Shown here one piece after another: positions 25,165-38,469 of a stretch of 64,000 nucleotides of DNA. A program made the position numbers and the translations under genes. The notes under the pieces were generated by a model. It did no database searches, was not told where the DNA came from, and worked only from the letters and a program-made list of their open reading frames with translations. Positions within the stretch are counted from its first letter, which is position 1. Each line of letters opens with the position of its first letter. The DNA is from Octopus vulgaris (lineage: Eukaryota): positions 9,548,001 through 9,612,000 of the forward strand of contig OX597829.1 of assembly GCA_951406725.2 (NCBI GenBank), written 5' to 3'.

Positions 25165-26410
25165 TGGGGCCAGTGAATTAGATCGACCGCAGTACGCAAC
25201 TGGCACTTAATTTATCGACTCCGAAAGGATGAAAGGCAAAATCGACCTCGGTGAAATTTGAATTTTAGAACGTAAAGACAGACGAAATAGCGGTAAGCAT
25301 TTCGCCAGCTCTCCGCCTTAACAAATACAAATATTAAAAAGAAAATACTTAATGAATAGTACACGATGTGAAAAATTAGATGGTCACGGTTGGAATGTCA
25401 TTTTAACAATGACTTGTGATAAAGGCTCAGAAAATATCTGAGGCACAATTACAACAATGTCATACGTCAACAACAGTAACAACTGCAATAAAAAGAGCCA
25501 AACCAAAACAAAAGCAACTAATATCGGTTTCAAATTTTGGCACAAGGCCAGCAATGTCGGAGTACGGAATAAATCGATTATATCGACCCTATTAATCAAC
25601 TGGTACTTATTTCATTTGACCCTGAAAGGATGAAAGGCAAAGTCAGTCCCGGTGGCATTCGAACGCAGAACCGTAAAGACGGACGAAATGCCGCCAAATA
25701 TTCTGTCCGGCGTGCTAAAAGTTCTGGCAGCTTGCCACACAACAGAACTAATACCAGCAACATCGATAGCAACAACAACAACAACAAGAGTAAGAGCACA
25801 CAGCGTAACAGTCATCCGCCATTCTAGCAACCGGATAACCTCTAACAAATATCCCCCCGAACAGTCAGTCAGCCAAACAACCAACCGACTAACAAGCCAA
25901 CAAACAAACCTACCAAACGACCAGCCAACCACCACAACCTCTGTGTCTGTGTGTCCGTCCCAGAACTGTTGATTTGTTCCTTGTCCTTCCTGCACCTACC
26001 AAAGCTTCGAAAACACAGACACCCTCTCACCTATGCACTCTGCAAACCATTTACAGGTACTCAGACGCATAAACGCATAGGTAATTCCATACTCCGAAGT
26101 TCCAATTCGCAGATATATGTAGGTATGCACATGTATAATGATTATGTGTGTATTTGTGCGAGTGTGTTTTTTTTGGGTGGGGGGCACTGTATGCATATAC
26201 AAAAACATTCATACACACAGATATATATGTATTCTGGTATGTGTGATGCGTGCAAATTCCGCCGAGGTCGACTTTGTCTTGCATCCTTTCGGGGTCGATA
26301 AATTAAGTACCAGTTACGCACTGGGCTCGATGTAATCGACTTAATCCGTTTGTCTGTCCTTGTTTGTCCTCTCTGTGTTTAGCCCCTTGTGGGTAGTAAA
26401 GAAATAGGTA
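25165..26410. mobile_element. Cluster of SINE family B fragments (25165-25320 -, 25525-25740 -, 26250-26410 +)
   Basis: Shared GAGGTCGACTTTGCCTTTCATCCTTTCGGGGTCGATAAATTAAGTACCAG domain; also at about 15375, 30245, 48970, 50015, 50370 and 50610. Confidence 0.8.
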
Positions 26411-26500
26411 TGTGTGATGCGCGCGTAGGTATGTATTTGTAAACATGCATATATATATAAATATATATAATTTTATTTACTTTGATTTTCGCGGGAAGGA

Positions 26501-26576
26501 TTGTTTCATTAAAGTTATGTATCGCCTTGACCTTCGAAACGTGGAGTAGATGAAACAAAGGCGACTGAAGAAGGGG
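26501..26576 (+). ncRNA. Non-circularly permuted hammerhead ribozyme candidate 1
   Basis: TTATGT-A-TCGCCT ... CTTC-GAA-ACGTGG ... AGGCGA-CTGAAGA-A-GGGG; extra helix 26501-26510/26549-26558. Confidence 0.7.
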
Positions 26577-26803
26577 AATTTTCCTTGTTTTGTATGTCCC
26601 GTACTCTGCTTTTCGTTGTTTAAGAAAAATGTCCATTTCCTTGGTTTTGTGTTTATGTTTTCGTTTCTCATTTGTTAGACGTTTTTTTGGTGTCTGTACC
26701 CATATATGCATGTATATATACATGTAGAGGTAGGTACGTACATATATGTATGTATATATGCATATGTTTTATCTTTTATTAATTTTTTATATATTATATA
26801 ATT

Positions 26804-26845
<42 letters not shown>

Positions 26846-27122
26846 ATATATATATGATTTTAAATTTAAAATAAGGGTGAGAAATTAGATATTAATTTAA
26901 TTAACATCGATTTCACACCAGTGGTCTAGCATAAAAAAAAATGATGGTTCAGTAAAACTGTATTATATATATATTAAAGGGAAACCAATATGTGGACACC
27001 CTTATGCTAGAAATAGATCCGCTATGGTCTTACCACTAAGAAATGTTCTCAAGAAAAATTTAGCAAAACAACCAAAATGTAATCAAGCAAGACAAAAGAA
27101 AAGTAATAAAAATATGGATTAT

Positions 27123-27203
27123 TCGTATTCATGTTTCACTATCACCATGTTACGTAATCTTACTTACGTAACTTACATAATTGTCCGTAGATCATCGGTA
27201 CGA
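27123..27203 (-). ncRNA. Degenerate hammerhead
   Basis: Minus strand: TCGTA-CCGATGA-TCTA...TAGT-GAAA-CATG-AA-TACGA (U16.1 mutated). Confidence 0.55.
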
Positions 27204-27634
27204 CTGTCCAAGGTGAATATAATTTGCAGGACTGCATACTAAGACGTCCACACAGAGTCAGACTTATAAAACAGTCCTACCCATTACACTCGTGGCTACT
27301 ATTTCAAATGTTCTCGTTTTGGCGCGCTAAATTACCAAAAAAAATGATGCTGCAGAAAATACTTTACTGCAGTGGCCTTTGCCGTTTAGAGAACGTATTA
27401 ATTTGAATTTAAATTTAAAATGAGGGTGAGAAATTAGATATTAATTTAATTAACATCGATTTCACATCAGTGGTGTAGCATAAAAAAACTGAAGGTTCAG
27501 TAAAATTGTATTATATATATATTAGAGGGAAACCACTATGTGGACACCCATATGCTAGAAATAGATCTGCTACGGTTTCACCACCAAGAAATGTTCTCAA
27601 TATATCTATTATTTCGGTTCTATTTTAACAAAAA

Positions 27635-27672
27635 CTGTCCGACGAACGGGAACGTGAAACTCCGAGTAACAG
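27635..27672 (+). ncRNA. Minimal hammerhead (U4C), GNRA-capped stem II
   Basis: CTGT-CCGACGA-ACG GGAA CGT-GAAA-CTCCGAG-TA-ACAG. Confidence 0.75.
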
Positions 27673-27768
27673 CTTGTGTTATATTTCTGCTGCTTTTAAA
27701 TAAAGCATATTACTCTACCTCTGGTATTTGAGTACTCTTTTTTCCACCTTGTTTCACATTTATGTGCT

Positions 27769-27799
<31 letters not shown>

Positions 27800-29543
27800 C
27801 TGACAAGAAACAATCACTGTATTATTGATATTGATATATATACATATATACATATATACATACATATATACATATATATACATACATATATATATATATA
27901 TATACATATATACATATGTACATATATATACACATACATACATGCGTGTGCACACAGAAACAGAATTATTTCGAGATAAAGTCATGTTAACTATTGTACA
28001 TGCACTATGACTTTACACATGTTTTTTCACGACAAAACATTGCCCAGTGCAACATCAACTATCACACTAACAATCACGCTAGATATGTGCAATAATCTAT
28101 AGGCTCAGTGGTTAGAGCATCGACTCACAATCATGAGGTAGTGAGTTGAATTCCCGGACCGGGCTGTGTATTGCTTCTGGAAAGCCATGTGTGCGGCAGT
28201 ACCATTCGTATATGTATATATGTGTGTGTGTATGTATGCACTTTATTTCATGTTGGCACTCAGCTGTAGAAATGAGTTGCGACGTCACTGGTGCCAAGCC
28301 GTATCGGTCTTTGCCTTGGATAACATCGGCGATGTGAAGAGGGGGCCCTGATTTGTGCAACCTTGCCCAGACTTAGGCCTTTCTAGGTACGATCGCATGA
28401 TCCTTCAAGACCGAATGAAGTCTTTACCCTTTATGTATACACACTCACTCACACACACACACACACACATACACACACACATACACATATATCAGTGACT
28501 CTGCATATTCTCAATACTTTTGAAACCGGTTAGGAAAGGTTTATATGACCATTGTTTTAATTTGTTTATTTAATTTCAAGCATCATAATGATATTATGAA
28601 ATTGAATTCACACGTTTATTGTATTTTCCAGTTATTACTTATATATACTATTGTGTCTGGGGAGAGTCATTCTGTTTTAATGCCTTATTAATTAACACAC
28701 TCACCGGTTCGATTTTCACTGATTTAGTAATATATTTTTTCTAAAATTTTCGTTGCTTCTTGCAAACTCTTCAATAGTTGTTCACTGTCCGTTATCGGAG
28801 CTGCATTCTTTTTGTTTGTTTGTACATGCTTCCTTGTGTGTGTATGTTTGAGTGTCTCTATGTGCATGGTTTTGCGTGACTATGTACTTGTGTTTGTTAT
28901 GTATGTGTGTCTCCATGTTCGCCCTTGTGTGTGTGTGAAGTGTTCATGTGTGTATATGGTCATGTGTTTCGGTCTTCTTTTTTTTGCATGTATTGGTATA
29001 TGTGAGTATGTGCGTGTGTGCTTGTCTGTCTGTATTACCTATGTACCTATCTACCTACCTATTTATCTGCTTCCTTACATATCCATTTACCTGCTTTAAG
29101 GCTTGAACTTTCATTATAGTAGTATCTATGGAAGACCGGTGGGATTATTATTTATATGAACTTAAAAATTGGTCGCAATTTAGCATATAATTTAGTTATT
29201 GCAGTTTACTATTAATACCGATACAATGTACATTGGTTTAAATGTCTTGGTTGTAGTTTTAGTGAGGTTAGTGTTTAATCTTGCCTATATATTGAATGAT
29301 TGAAATAATGTGATTATTAAGCTTTTACGTTTATATTGCACCACGGAAGATGGTAGGGATTATAACTTTTGTATGACTCAATAGAGTTGTCGCTTTTTAG
29401 TTACGTATATAGGAATGGTTGCAATTTACTTATGGAATTCATTTATTGATACGGTTGTACACTGGGTAAGTGTGTTTGAAAGTTGTGGTTTCTTTGGTTT
29501 GTTTGTTCCCAAACAACACTTATATTAGTGCTCTTGACACCGC

Positions 29544-29612
29544 CGGATTGAATGGTACTGCCCAGGTGTCGAAACCATAATGATATCCGTGGGGCAGCTG
29601 ATGATGGAGACA
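29544..29612 (+). ncRNA. Non-circularly permuted hammerhead ribozyme candidate 2
   Basis: ATGGT-A-CTGCCC-AGGTGTC-GAA-ACCAT ... GGGCAG-CTGATGA-T-GG; extra helix CGGAT/ATCCG. Confidence 0.75.
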
Positions 29613-29793
29613 TGCAGGATTGTTGCTATGGATGTGGAATAGTATTATAACAGATCCTTTTGATATATGTGTATATATAACAAAAGAAGAAGTGTATTTC
29701 CAAGCAGAAAGAAATATAAGAAAATTTGTTGTTGAAAATGCACCTAAATTTGAAAAACTTGAGATTATTTTTAAATAAATTTATTTACATACA

Positions 29794-29835
29794 TAGCAAA
29801 CTAGTTTCGACAATATTTTTTGTTTATCAATGGTA
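29794..29835 (-). ncRNA. Degenerate hammerhead, U3-A8 core variant
   Basis: Minus strand: TACCA-TTGATAA-ACAA..TTGTC-GAAA-CTAG-TT-TGCTA. Confidence 0.5.
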
Positions 29836-30063
29836 AAAATTTAAAACTAGGAATTAGAAAAACTTGTTTAAAAGTTTCAATGCTTACAAGTTTCAATAAT
29901 ATCATATATGATTTAAGTGTTCATAACATTCAATAATAGAAAAAATGTGGATCGTTTTGTTTAAATGCACAAAATTTATCGCATTCGTATTCCTCGCCGT
30001 CATTGAAATACATGCCATTGGACATTGACCGTTGCTCATTTAGCTCATACGCACCAACACACG

Positions 30064-30125
<62 letters not shown>

Positions 30126-30480
30126 CAGAGAGAGAGAAGGATACATATATATATATTGATATATAAACATATATATATACTTGCATAAATATATATACAT
30201 ACACACATATATAGATATATATATACATATACATATATACATACCGAGGTCGACTTTGCCTTTCATCCTTTCGGGGTCGATAAATTAAGTACCAGTTACG
30301 CACTGGGGTTGATATAATCGACTTAATTCCTTTGTCAGTCCTTGTTTGTCCCCTCTGTGTTTAGCCCCTTGTGGGTAGTACATATATACATATACATATA
30401 TATATATGAATATTTATATGTGCATATATATGAATACATATACACGCATATATATATGTATATCTATACGAATATATATA

Positions 30481-30632
<152 letters not shown>

Positions 30633-30718
30633 ATATATATAATATATATAATATATATTTATAATATATAATATATATATAATATATTTATATATATAAT
30701 ATATATAATGTATATAAT

Positions 30719-30791
<73 letters not shown>

Positions 30792-31137
30792 TACTTTATG
30801 TGCGTATGTTTGTATATGATGGACTCTCCCGTCGTTAGACGACATATGAGGGCTCGGGAATTTGTTGCTCAGCAACCACAGAGATGATTTGTTTAGTGTG
30901 ATCAAATGTTTGTTCACACATAACCTCACTCCCTTCCTTCAAATCGACGTTACCTGTACAGGTGCGCCATGTGTCACATGTCAGATGACGAAATGATTGC
31001 AGAGCAACGTGAAATGAAGGGCTTTGCTCAAGAATATAACACAACGCCCGGTCTGGGAATCGAGCCCACGATCTAGCAATCTTGAGTGCAATACTCTAAC
31101 CACTAAGCCATGCGCCTTCACATATCTATATACGTGC

Positions 31138-31236
<99 letters not shown>

Positions 31237-31483
31237 ATAATAAATATTAGGGAATAAATCCAAACTTACAGGGAAAAATCAGATTTAGGATTGAATCAAA
31301 TTTTATAGTAAAATATTATATTATATTAAATTAGAGACAAAACCATTATTACCAGTGAAAAATAAGCAGTGAAAATCCGGATAAATTATATAAGCATCAT
31401 AAATTCTCAATATTTTTAGACTGAGGGGAATAATAATAAGATGGAATATTTTTATAGCACGCAGAATCATATACGATATTTAA

Positions 31484-31548
31484 ACCACCTGATGAATGAC
31501 TGCGACTCAAAAATTTGAAGACAGCAGGCATGAAACGATCGTAGTGTG
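31484..31548 (+). ncRNA. Type-I hammerhead ribozyme, canonical core
   Basis: CAC-CTGATGA-ATGACTGC...GCAGGCAT-GAAA-CGATCG-TA-GTG; flanked by inverted arms at about 31327-31351 / 31645-31668. Confidence 0.85.
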
Positions 31549-31669
31549 ATATTAATTATATTTTTTTAATAATTTTGTTACATATTTAAATAATATAAAT
31601 TAATCATATGTATTGGCTTAAGTTTTTTCATTGTTTGATTTGCCTAATAGTGGTTTTGTCTCTAATTTA

Positions 31670-31702
<33 letters not shown>

Positions 31703-31728
31703 AAATATATGCATGCATACACATATAG

Positions 31729-31831
<103 letters not shown>

Positions 31832-31834
31832 TAT

Positions 31835-33887
31835 GATTGATTGATTGATTGATTCTAGTTTCAGCTTATGAGCTGTGGCCATGCTGGGGCACCGCCATTT
31901 GGTGTTGCTACTTGGTTTCACTTCATGGAGGCTTTCTAGCAACTGCTATTTGGTGCATGAGAGAGTTCGATGCAGCTGCCCTCATCTGCCCCTCCTGCCG
32001 TGAAGTTGGTTCATCTGGGACACCTGACAGGAAGAGATCCAGCTTCATTTTAAAGACATCTGTATCCACCCCATGCAGGTCTCTCAGGTTCTTCGGGAGG
32101 ATATTGAAGAGCTGTGGGCCTCGGAAGCCCAGGCTATCACAGAATCTTGTCCTACATCTTGATGGCAGGTTTGGAGTCCTAGGCACCACGCAGTGGCGCC
32201 CAGTTCTGGCATTTGCGTAACTCTCGATGCCAAAGTTCAGGACACTTCCCTCCAGGATCTTCCAGATGTATAATATGGCATATCTTTCCCGCCTACGCTC
32301 CAGGGAATATAATTTTAATCTCTTGAGTCTTTCCCAGTAGCTTACATTCTGCATAGAGGCTATCTTCTTTGTGTAGCTTCGTTGGATCGCCTCAAGTTCT
32401 GTGATCAACTTGACACTGGATGGTGACCATAGCTGAGAGCAATAGTCAAAGTGGCTTAGGACAAGTGTCTTCCAGAGGACCATCATGGTTTCTTGTTCTC
32501 TTGTTCTAAAGGTTCTAAGAATCCATCCAGCCAGCCGTCTACATTTCATTGTCAGTTTAGCAACATGTACATGAAAGGTCGCGTCATCACTCATGTGAAT
32601 ACCCAGGTCACGCACTGATTGTGCCTCTGGGATTGCAATCCCTCCGGGTCCAGTGTATTCATTGGGTATTGCATTCAGTTTTGCACGCTGATAGTATAAA
32701 GCTTGAAACTTTCCAGCATTGAACTGCATGCTATTCTTTTCAGCCCACTTGTATATTTCGTCCAGCTCACATTGCAGGTGTTTAGTGTTCTCAGGGTTCT
32801 GTATTGCCTGTGAGACTTTTGTATCATCTGCATAACTTGTGATCGTGGCTCTCTGCGTGGCTGAGGGCATGTCTGAGAGGGCCATTATGAACAGTAGTGG
32901 TCCCAGAACAGTGCCCTGCGGAACACCGCTCACTATTTGTGTGTTAATGGAGGTGGCCCCATTGGCTACTACCACCTGACTTCTATCCTTCAGAAAGTCA
33001 TGAAGCCATTCTCCCAGTTTTCCAACTATGTTGAGATCACGCAGTTTGTGACATATCATTCCATGATCGACTTTATCAAAGGCCTTTGCAAAGTCGAGAT
33101 ATATCACTTCCACATTTGAGTGGTTGAGCAGCCGTTTCAGCACCCAGTCATAGTGTTGTAGGAGCTGAGTTAAACAGCTTCTCCCTGGTCGGAAACCATG
33201 TTGGGTGTCGGGCAGCAAGTCATTCTCTTCAAGGAAGGTGATCAGCTTCCTTCTGACTATTCGTTCCATGACCTTGCTGATGTGTGAGGTCAGAGAGATA
33301 GGTCTATAGTTCTTGGCTTCCGCTCTGCTACCTCCTTTATGAATGGGGCATATTTTACCTTCCTTCAGTTTTCCTGGAAGTTTGCCAGCTGCAAGGAAGC
33401 TCTGAAAGAGGAACTGCAGTGGTCTTGCTAGGACTCTCTTACATGCTTTTAGGAGGATTGCCGGGAATCCATCGGGGCCAGTAGCTGAGTCTGTTTTCAT
33501 TTCATCTATAGCCTTGGTTACATCGTCTTCCTTTATATCGATGTAATCTATCGTCGCCGCCTCTGATTTTATATCTGCAGTGGTAAAAAAGTCAGTTGGA
33601 TTGGTGATTTGGAGATGCCCAAGGGTGGAGTGAAAACACTCTTGAATTGCTCATTCAGTATTTCACTTACCCTCATTGGTTTTCCTGTAAGTGTGCCATC
33701 CTTTTCAAGGAGTGGCCCTATTCTACAGTGCACTGTAGCTGTTTCTTTGGCATACCTGTAGAAAGCTCTGGGGTTAGATTTTATGTTTTCTATAGCCCAG
33801 GCTTCTTTGTCTGCTCTTTCTTTTTCATGGGAGAGTTGCAGACATTTTTCGATTTCCAACAGTTTTATTTTTAGAAGGACTTGTCAG

Positions 33888-33890
<3 letters not shown>
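31835..33890 (-). mobile_element. 5'-truncated CR1-clade LINE with (AATC)n tail
   Basis: RT ORF plus upstream ORF2 fragment; flanked by (TA)n. Confidence 0.95.
31923..33500 (-). CDS. LINE ORF2 reverse transcriptase and C-terminal domain (525 aa uninterrupted, N-terminally truncated)
   Basis: [64 protein letters not shown]. Confidence 0.9.
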   Translation of the reverse strand: MKTDSATGPDGFPAILLKACKRVLARPLQFLFQSFLAAGKLPGKLKEGKICPIHKGGSRAEAKNYRPISLTSHISKVMERIVRRKLITFLEENDLLPDTQHGFRPGRSCLTQLLQHYDWVLKRLLNHSNVEVIYLDFAKAFDKVDHGMICHKLRDLNIVGKLGEWLHDFLKDRSQVVVANGATSINTQIVSGVPQGTVLGPLLFIMALSDMPSATQRATITSYADDTKVSQAIQNPENTKHLQCELDEIYKWAEKNSMQFNAGKFQALYYQRAKLNAIPNEYTGPGGIAIPEAQSVRDLGIHMSDDATFHVHVAKLTMKCRRLAGWILRTFRTREQETMMVLWKTLVLSHFDYCSQLWSPSSVKLITELEAIQRSYTKKIASMQNVSYWERLKRLKLYSLERRRERYAILYIWKILEGSVLNFGIESYANARTGRHCVVPRTPNLPSRCRTRFCDSLGFRGPQLFNILPKNLRDLHGVDTDVFKMKLDLFLSGVPDEPTSRQEGQMRAAASNSLMHQIAVARKPP

Positions 33891-33929
<39 letters not shown>

Positions 33930-33930
<1 letters not shown>

Positions 33931-34127
33931 CACCCTATATGACATGACATACAGCTCAACTCATAGAGGATGGGATCATACGTATATATATATATATCAA
34001 TATATATATATTTATATATAGTTCATATATAACAACATACCTTATATATATACTATTTATACATATCTACATATACCCCAGAAATATAGAAGCCTATACC
34101 ATCATACCCATATATATACCATATACT

Positions 34128-34226
<99 letters not shown>

Positions 34227-34899
34227 TTCTCATAAAGGCAATATTATCTTATATATATATATATAATATATATATATATATATGTATAGATCGAACTATG
34301 CAATATATCCTAATATTGGAATATCAGAATTCTATATATATAATATATATATATATTTATTTATATATCAAATATATACTTTATATATATGCCTATATAT
34401 ATATATATTTATATATATATATATATGCTATATATATATATGGGTTCCATATATATCAGGTGCATATGCACACTGCATCGACAATATATTATATTCCCAG
34501 AATATATATATGATATTTATGAGCACATTGAGAAATGCGCAAAGCAATATATTTTTATATCTTCCCATTATACCATATATGCTTTCGGATCATCATATAT
34601 AAATATACTGAACAAGGAAATATTCTTCATTGAAAAGTACAAACCCAGACTCAACCATCCGAACATATGACACATATATAATTAACAAGGAAAATATTAT
34701 ATTAAATATTTTATATAGCGATTATCTCCCCTACACAGGAAAATATATACTACTACCTCCCCTTATTTATATATATCTCCTGGAAATAAATATATATTAT
34801 ATAATTCCATGCAATATAAACATAACGTCACAAGATATATTTGAAAAGCTATATATAATATATATATATCTTATATATATATATATATATATATTATGT

Positions 34900-34936
<37 letters not shown>

Positions 34937-34990
34937 TTCCAATATATATATTTTGACACAAATATATATATTTTTTAACATTTAAGCCTT
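33930..34990 (+). mobile_element. PLE GIY-YIG 3' remnant interleaved with TA runs
   Basis: EHIEKCAK and LNKEIFFIEKYKPRLN match the C-terminus at 3850-4000. Confidence 0.7.
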
Positions 34991-35019
34991 ATATATCGTT
35001 TATTTCATATTTATATTTT

Positions 35020-35725
<706 letters not shown>

Positions 35726-36922
35726 CACAATGATTGTGTGCGAATGTGTATGTGTGCGCGTGAGTGAGTGTAGACATATTATTGTAATGACACCACAAGC
35801 CTTGTGTTAGAAGCTGAGTTAGAAGCAGTTGATATTTGAATGCGAACGCTCATGTTGAAACAGACAGAAAGAAATACAGAGATAAAAACACGGACGAGAT
35901 ACTCAACCTTACAGCAAATATTACTCTTATCAAATTTACGTAAATAGATTGGAATAATTTAAGATGTATCCAGTGATCTACCCTTCATTTTCCCTAAAAT
36001 GCATTTTTCAAAATGCGGACGTAAATAAAAGTCTCGTTCCTCGAACTTGCAGTCATGGAATGTTCTTAAGTTGTTTAAAAGTTTCAGTGTTTCCAGTGAA
36101 CACATCAAACATGTTTCTGACCCGTTAGTGCAGGGTTTGGTCTTGGAAGGGATTTTCCATTTGATGTCGTAGTTAATGCTTCCGTCCTTAAGTTTCCAGA
36201 TAAAAAAATAAAAAACGAGATGGTTGATGTATATGTCTTCTGACGGTACATAAAGGTCGAAAGATAGTTGTTGTATATGGATTTAAATATTCCTGTCACC
36301 GATCCAATGTTTCATCTCTGTTTGACTGTCATCATAATATGCTGATATTCTTGCTTCATAAATAATGGAGGGTATATATCGCATGCCTGCTCTACAGGAG
36401 ATTTGGGCAGTTTCGTGTGGTCGGTTCTTTATTGGTGTAGATCGTCGCATTAAGAGCCATGTAAAAGTAATTTTAATCCTATTTCTATTAAATTTCCTTT
36501 TGGATCTAAGGGTGTTAGTAAGGTGGATATCAAATAGATGCAAAGATATTGCATATGTGAGTGTATGCGTGTGTGTGAATGTATGTGTGTGTGCACGCGC
36601 GCATGTGTGTATGTCTATGTGTTTATGTACGTATATGTCTATGTGTGTGTGTCTCTGTGTTTGTGCAGAATTGTGTATGTACCTGTAACTTAGCGATTCG
36701 GCATAAGAGATCGATATGATAAATATCACATCTTAAAAACTAAGTAGCGATCTCCATCTGGTCGACTAAACACATCTGGCCACAATACACTTACTGGAAG
36801 AAGTAAAAGATAAAAGAAATGTGTGTGTGTGTGTGGGGGGAAGGTGTCCTTGTTTTCGTATACATTCGCTGCTTTCTTCCAAGGAACCTAATGCTCTTTG
36901 CTTAGATTTTCATTGGGGCTGG

Positions 36923-36992
36923 CCAGATTGGAGCAATCACAAGTGTAACCAGTCGAAATTGCAAAGATAATCTGGAATTCGACTGACGAAAG
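36923..36992 (+). ncRNA. Non-circularly permuted hammerhead candidate 3 (decayed)
   Basis: GCAAT-C-ACAAGT ... GTC-GAA-ATTGC ... ATTCGA-CTGACGA; extra helix CCAGATT/AATCTGG; stem I 4 of 6 paired. Confidence 0.55.
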
Positions 36993-37696
36993 AAAATTCC
37001 GAATGACCCGTCCTAGTTTCTCATGTCCATTTTTGCACCATCTTATAACGATATATTGTTGTCGCCTGTTACGTTCTTGTTCCATTTTTAGTATTCTTTT
37101 TTATATACATATAGCGATGTACGTACACTTTGGTCTCTTATATATATATATATAAATTCTGTACGACTCTCTTATTCTTTCGTACTTTCATTCTTTCTTC
37201 TTTCAGCCCCTTCACACTTACTTCGTTCTTTCCAATCTTCTTTCTTTCGCTCCCCCTCTCTCACATATCCTGGCCTTCCTTTCATTCTCAGCTTTCTCCT
37301 ATTTCGCTTCACTCACTCCCTTTTCTTTTTTTCTCGTCACTCCCTAATTCCTCTATCCCTCATCCTCTACCTCTCTCCTCTTATTTCATGTGACCGGTGT
37401 TCGTCCAAGCCTGACCTGTCTTTCTCGGTTCGACTACCATCCGTGCTACATCTGTATTCCTTCCCATGACTGTCATCTCATGACAGCGATAAGGCTTCAA
37501 TTCTACACTCGCCAGCTTAATTTAATTCCTCCTTAGTCGAAAGACACCTGTTGTTAATGTCCTGTTGTTTGCATCACAAATAATAAATCAAAAACATAAA
37601 AATAAACAAGATTTTGACAGTTTTATAGATTTTTCAAAATTATGATGCTATGACGCTAGGTGTTTCCATTATTTTGTTCAACCCCTGTATATATAT

Positions 37697-37804
37697 ATAC
37701 TAAGCAATTAAGGGTTTAGCAACGAATTGCCTCACCACACACCGAATTTAGAAATAGCAGTCAAAGAGTTATAGCTCGTTGCTAAACCCTTAATTGCTTA
37801 GTAT
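37697..37804. repeat. Perfect 29-bp inverted repeat
   Basis: ATACTAAGCAATTAAGGGTTTAGCAACGA / TCGTTGCTAAACCCTTAATTGCTTAGTAT. Confidence 0.9.
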
Positions 37805-37901
37805 TACTTAAATTTTCCTCGAATGAGGCTTTTACATGCCGAAATCTACTTGGTGTAATTAATAATTATTCCAAATTAATTAATTTCACCCTATATTGTT
37901 A

Positions 37902-37985
<84 letters not shown>

Positions 37986-37995
37986 TTTAAATATT

Positions 37996-38375
37996 GGCTG
38001 TGTGGTAAGTAGCTTGCTAACCAATCACATGGTTCAGGGTTCAGTCCCACTGCGTGGCATCTTGGGCAAGTCTCTTCTGCTATAGCCCTAGGCCGACCAA
38101 TGCCTTGTGAGTGGATTTGGTAGACGGAAACTGAAAGAAGCCTGTCGTATATATGTATGTGTGTGTGTGTGTCTGTGTTTGTCCCCTAGCATTGCTTGAC
38201 AACCGATGCTGGTGTGTTTATGTCCCCGTCACTTAGCGGTTCGGTAAAAGAGACCGATAGAATAAGTACTGGGCTTACAAAGAATAAGTCCCGGGGTCGA
38301 TTTGCTCGACTAAAGGCGGTGTTCCAGCATGGCCGCAGTCAAATGACAGGAACAAGTAAAAGACTAAAAGAGAGA

Positions 38376-38376
<1 letters not shown>
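37996..38376 (+). mobile_element. Near full-length SINE family A
   Basis: Same structure as 9079-9490. Confidence 0.9.
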
Positions 38377-38440
<64 letters not shown>

Positions 38441-38469
38441 CATATATGAATGTATGCATGCATATATAT

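Larger units (their letters stand above)
26860..27780. mobile_element. PLE/retrozyme-like unit: about 195-bp direct repeats (26860-27052, 27407-27600) with HHRs
   Basis: Direct repeats visible; HHR on minus strand between them and on plus strand just after. Confidence 0.7.

Noticed and set aside
37390-37560. TAAGG/CCTTA hairpin followed by GTCGAAAGACACC
   Set aside because: No recognisable CUGANGA core in either strand order
37815-37860. CGAATGA-GGC..GCC-GAAA
   Set aside because: Core altered and stems I and III do not close
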